A DNA stretch of 64,000 nucleotides from Raillietiella orientalis (lineage: Eukaryota): contig JAYWIR010000006.1 in assembly GCA_036172245.1 (NCBI GenBank), forward strand, positions 1,364,001-1,428,000, given 5' to 3'. Made by a program: the position numbers and the translations under genes. Of the stretch, positions 59,781-64,000 are shown piece by piece. A model generated the notes under the pieces. It had not been told where the DNA came from, ran no database searches, and worked only from the letters and a program-made list of their open reading frames with translations. Numbering within the stretch: the first letter of the stretch is position 1; the number at the start of each line of letters is the position of its first letter.

Positions 59781-62700
59781 TCGATAGATCAGAGGTGCCC
59801 CTCTGTCTCTATAAAGGCCAGGCCGTGAGTGGCCCCCTCGGGACCTCCCTCCTCTCCCAGAGTGCAGGTAGAGTCCACCACGACCCACCCCTTTCTGAGT
59901 CGGAGGGCGCGCCCGTCCGTGCCACTGCTTCTGCGCGGAGTTCCTTATCACTCCTCTCGCTCCTTCGTAGCCGTGACCCTGCGCTGATGGCACGCCCTCC
60001 AGCTGAAGGCTGTCCGCGGTCGCCCTTGCAGTTTCCTGTTGGGACCTCCTATCGAGAGGATCCCGGGGAGAGATCTCCCCCCCCCCACCTCCCTACGCTC
60101 GCGATAGACGACTTCTCACCCCTGAGGCGCGGACATCCCCCGTCGGGATCCGGTGGGGACGGCCTCCGCCTCCTAGAGCGCCACTGACTCCCCTGGCGGC
60201 CGCTCGGGGAAAGAGGCGGGGACGCATGGGAAGACCGAGCAGCCTTCTTGCGGTGCCGCGGGTGCCGCTCTCAGGGAGCAGCTGGAGGTTAAAAAAGCAT
60301 CCAAGGGCCGCTGAGGGGTCTCCTCTGCTCGCCGTGCGCATGGATGGGTCCGCGCATGAGCCCCTTCTCTGAGGCTTCCTCGAGGCTTCGCCCTCGCAGG
60401 TGAGGAGCTGAGTTCCGGCGCGGGGAGTGGAGCGAGGGTCGGTCCCGGACAAGGCGGGAGGAGCAAGCACCCTCCGTTGCCAGCACCGCAGACGGAGAAG
60501 GAGGGCGAGAGAGTCCGTGCTCGGGCCTCGGGCCTACCTCGGAAGGCCGGCGCTTTCACAGAACATCCCGGGTCAGCCCCGGGTCGCGTAGCCTCAGCTG
60601 CTCTGCGCAGTCACGGGAGATGTGGGGGGAAGAGACGAGGGCGTGACCTCCGTCCGAGGGGGACTCGAGGAAGGTCACGAACCGATCTTCCTCATCCTAG
60701 GTGCGCCTGGCCATTCGCCCTCAGGAAAGAAACGAAAGGACGCTGCTGCGGGGCGACCGAATGCGCCTGAGCTGCGGCGCGGACCTGTATGGGATCCGGC
60801 CCCGTGGCGGTCGGGAGGAGGGGAGGAAGGGACCTCAGAAGCGGGAAGCCGACTTGAGAGCTGCTCGGGGTGAGGGAGGGGTTGGCCTCAGGATGCTGCC
60901 ACTATCGCTGCGAGTCCACCTGAAGGGGTGGGTCTTCCGGAGGCGCGCGATCCCGGCGGCCCTTCCCCGTTGCTGCAGGAGTCGCAGACGAAGCGGGGAG
61001 AGGCGATGAGCAGGCACGAAGACGGCGCCCCAGGGAACGCTCGCAGACTCACTGCAGCGCATGCCCCTCGCGTTCCTGCGTTTTCGGTGGGATAGGGTCA
61101 GGGTCGCCCGCTGCGGGCCGTCGACTGCGTCAGGAAGGACTTTTCCCAGTCTGCCGCTCGTAGAAGAGCCGGAGGCGGACCCCGGGATGGGGAGGAAATC
61201 CGGAGCTCCTAAGGGCGAAAGGACACGGGCGACCTCCTCGCACCGGTCTCCGCCGCCGCCACTCGGGAATCACCGTGCTCCCTTCTCCCGGGTTCCCTAT
61301 TTCCCCTTTGCGCCGGACCATCGTCCTCTGCGCGCGGGATCCTTCTGGACGCGGCGGCTGCGGCCTCCCCCGACCCGGAGGCCTCAGAGAGCGGATGGAA
61401 GATCCTCAGGGCATCTGCCCATGCCCGCCACGTCAGCTGGCGACTCTTGGCGAGGACGAGGGACAGGGCGGGGCGCTCTCGTCTTCCGCCCCGTCTGCCG
61501 ACCGTCCCCGTCCCAGGAGCGCTGTCAACGGACCTCGTCCGCAGAGAGGGCACCCCCCGTTTCCGCTCCACCGCGCCACCGCCCGAATGCCCTGGAAGAC
61601 ACCGCTGTTGCCTGGGCACCTTCCTTTCGCCTCAAGCGCCCAGAATGGGTTAGCTCGACTTCGGAGCGAGCAGTCTGCCCGGGGCAGTGCGTTGAACAGG
61701 CTGCTCTCTCCCCGTCCCTCGCAGGGAAGGGAACCTGGGGATTCGGCCCCGGCATCGGCTCAGGTCGGGATGGGTGTGCGGGATTCCTGTTGTTTCCGTT
61801 CATTGCTTCTGGCCGTGAAGAGCCTCCGCGGAAGGGGGCGGGGGCGGGGACTGGCTCGCCTTCGCCGCCGACGGTCGTCGCTCCGTCGCTGCGAGGGGGT
61901 CGCCGGGAAGGGTCGAGGGGCCTCCAGGAAACGTCTGCCTCGCGATCCCGGGTGATCCCCGGCTCCCTAAAAAGGGCCACGGCGACGTCGGGTCTCCGAG
62001 GGAGCAGATTTTTCTCTTTCACTCCCGGGTTCGCGGCATCACCGGGGAGATCCTGCCCGTTTCATCATCCGGCTGACGTGTCGCTTCTTGTCTGAGAGGA
62101 ATTTTGTCATCTCTCGGAGCGAGTTGTCTGGGGCAACGCTTTGTCATCTAATTTTGTCTTCCCAAGACAACCGGCTGAGGAGATGCGGAAGGAAGGAAGG
62201 AAAAGGAAAAAACTTATCGATCGGATTGAGACCAGAGGGGCCGAAAATACACGAAGGCGCACGGATGGCTCGGGCCGCGGCGCCCGGAATGAAGATGTTG
62301 CCACGGGGAGCCCCGGAACGCTTCCCGCACGTTCCTCAGACGCGTTGGAGGCAGCAGGCGGGTTCGAGGGAAACGAGCGGGCGGGGAAAGAAAGGGGTCC
62401 TTCGCTGTCCCTCCACGTGGTCGGCGGCGGGCGGCACGGGAAGATGCGGCAGCGCGCATCTCCGTCCCGCTCACCGCCTGAGATGCGGCGGAAGATGCGA
62501 ACACGTGGTCGCTACTGATGCTTCTGCCGCGCCGGGGAACCCGCAGCGCCCCTGCACGACCACCGTCGTCCAGAACGTCATCTGGCAACCGCGCAGCCGG
62601 GTCGTCGCTTCGTGACACCGAGAGCTCGGGGCCTCCTGAGGATCCGGGACGACCAGCCCGTCTTGTTAGGGCCTCACACCCCCTCAATCTCCTCCAGCGA

Positions 62701-64000
62701 TCACGCCTCCTCGTTCTCACGGGACCGGGCACGGTCCGGAGGCAGGGGGTCGATCTTCACCTCCGCCTTCTTCGGCTGCATCCACCTGTGAGTCCAAGGC
62801 GACCTCATGTCGGCAGTTCAGGTCGGCGTGCTGGCGTTGTAGTTCCTGTCGGGGGATGCCGAAGGTGTCAGAGGAGTCACCGGGGTACCGTTCGAGTCAG
62901 GTCAGGCGGTGGTTGTCCGCGGTGTCTTCCCGTCGCGCCGCACCTTGGCCGAACGGCGGAATATCAGTTCTCAAACTGGCGAGGCCCGAAGGCTTGCGTC
63001 TTGGACGGAGATGACCGCCATCTCCGCGTAGCCGGGCACCCCTCCGCGGTTCCTCGCCGGAGGGAAGGAAGAGAGGGGGAGAGGGAGATCCTTTCCCGTC
63101 GGCAGAAAGGAGGAAGAGGAACAGGAAGAGGAGGAGGAGGAAGGAATGAGGAGGAGGAGGAAAAAGGAAAGATCCGTTAGTCCTCGCAGCTCAGGTGGAT
63201 GTCCGCGATGTCGGGCCGTCGGCGGGAGAAATCCGCTCGCGCAGCGTCAGCAACCACGGGATTGCGTCGCTCCGCACGCTTTTCTTTTTTTGCTTGTTCT
63301 CCTCTCCCCAACTAGCGCTCGCCTCCCGAGCGACGAAGGACGTGTGAATGCTAACCTCGTTAAGGGACTCCGGGGGTCTGCCGCTATCCTTAAATTAGCG
63401 GGAAGTTCCGAAAGTCTTCGCTCTTGAGACGGGGATGGGGAGGTCCTCCGCTTTTCCTTTCCGGGCTCCCCGGGATCACCTCTCCTTCCCGAGGTGAAGT
63501 ATCCATCTTTTTCTCGTTAAGAATCCGAGCTGTTCGTCATCCCAGAAAGCGGACGATTTTTCACGACAGACAGCCTGGAATGTCCTCTCCCTCCACCTCT
63601 GGTTTTCCTCCCGACTCCTCGTACCCAAACAAGACGCGCGGGGGAGAGCCGGAAGGAGGAGGAGGAGGGGGCGACGGCGGCTGACGAGCGTCGGACAAGG
63701 GGGTTCTCCCCTCTCCACTTCCCCCGCGCCCTGCCACCTCAGGAACCGCTCGACTTTATTTTGACAATTCGCGGATCTCCGAGGAGCCGTCCGTGTTGAG
63801 GGAGATGCGTGTCTCCAGCACGCCGGGGGCGGGCGCCTCTCGCGCCTTCCTCTGGCACTGGAGCCGCCGCCTTCTCAATCACCCCGATTGGGTCTTTTTT
63901 TTTTTTCAGTTTTTTCTGCTTCATTTTTATTTTTATTTTATTTTATTTTATTTTTTCTGCCCTCCCCCCCCCCTCCCTCCTTCCCGAGCGGCCAACTCCG

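Noticed and set aside
1..64000. CRISPR arrays, tRNA/rRNA genes, operons or prokaryotic defence systems
   Set aside because: I saw no regularly spaced repeat-spacer array, RNA-gene signature or dense gene organisation. The spliced Sox gene shows this is animal genomic DNA.

Overview
This window is eukaryotic, most likely arthropod, DNA. It is very GC-rich, CpG is not depleted, and it is full of poly-G/C, poly-A/T and trinucleotide microsatellites. The only intact protein-coding gene I can support is a two-exon SoxC-group HMG-box transcription factor (Drosophila Sox14 / vertebrate SOX4/11/12 type) on the + strand: join(29873..30004,31185..32324), about 423 aa, with an alternative in-frame ATG at 29810. 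Almost all other long ORFs in the track are artefacts of high GC. The flanks (about 1-14 kb and 35-60 kb) contain many heavily decayed retroelement fossils, mostly L1/Tx1-like, recognised only from motif remnants. The roughly 20 kb around the gene seems free of them. Discrete AT-richer, motif-dense islands lie on both sides of the gene and look like cis-regulatory elements. The most interesting observations are: (1) a head-to-head inverted duplication at 56.6/58.1 kb whose differences are biased toward synonymous codons; (2) a chain of ATGA-overlapping uORFs leading into the SoxC start; (3) clusters of Sox-binding motifs, including a duplicated double-Sox cassette; (4) a near-perfect IR-1 ecdysone-response-like element. 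I saw no rRNA, tRNA, CRISPR array or prokaryotic system, and I cannot claim a new multi-gene system.
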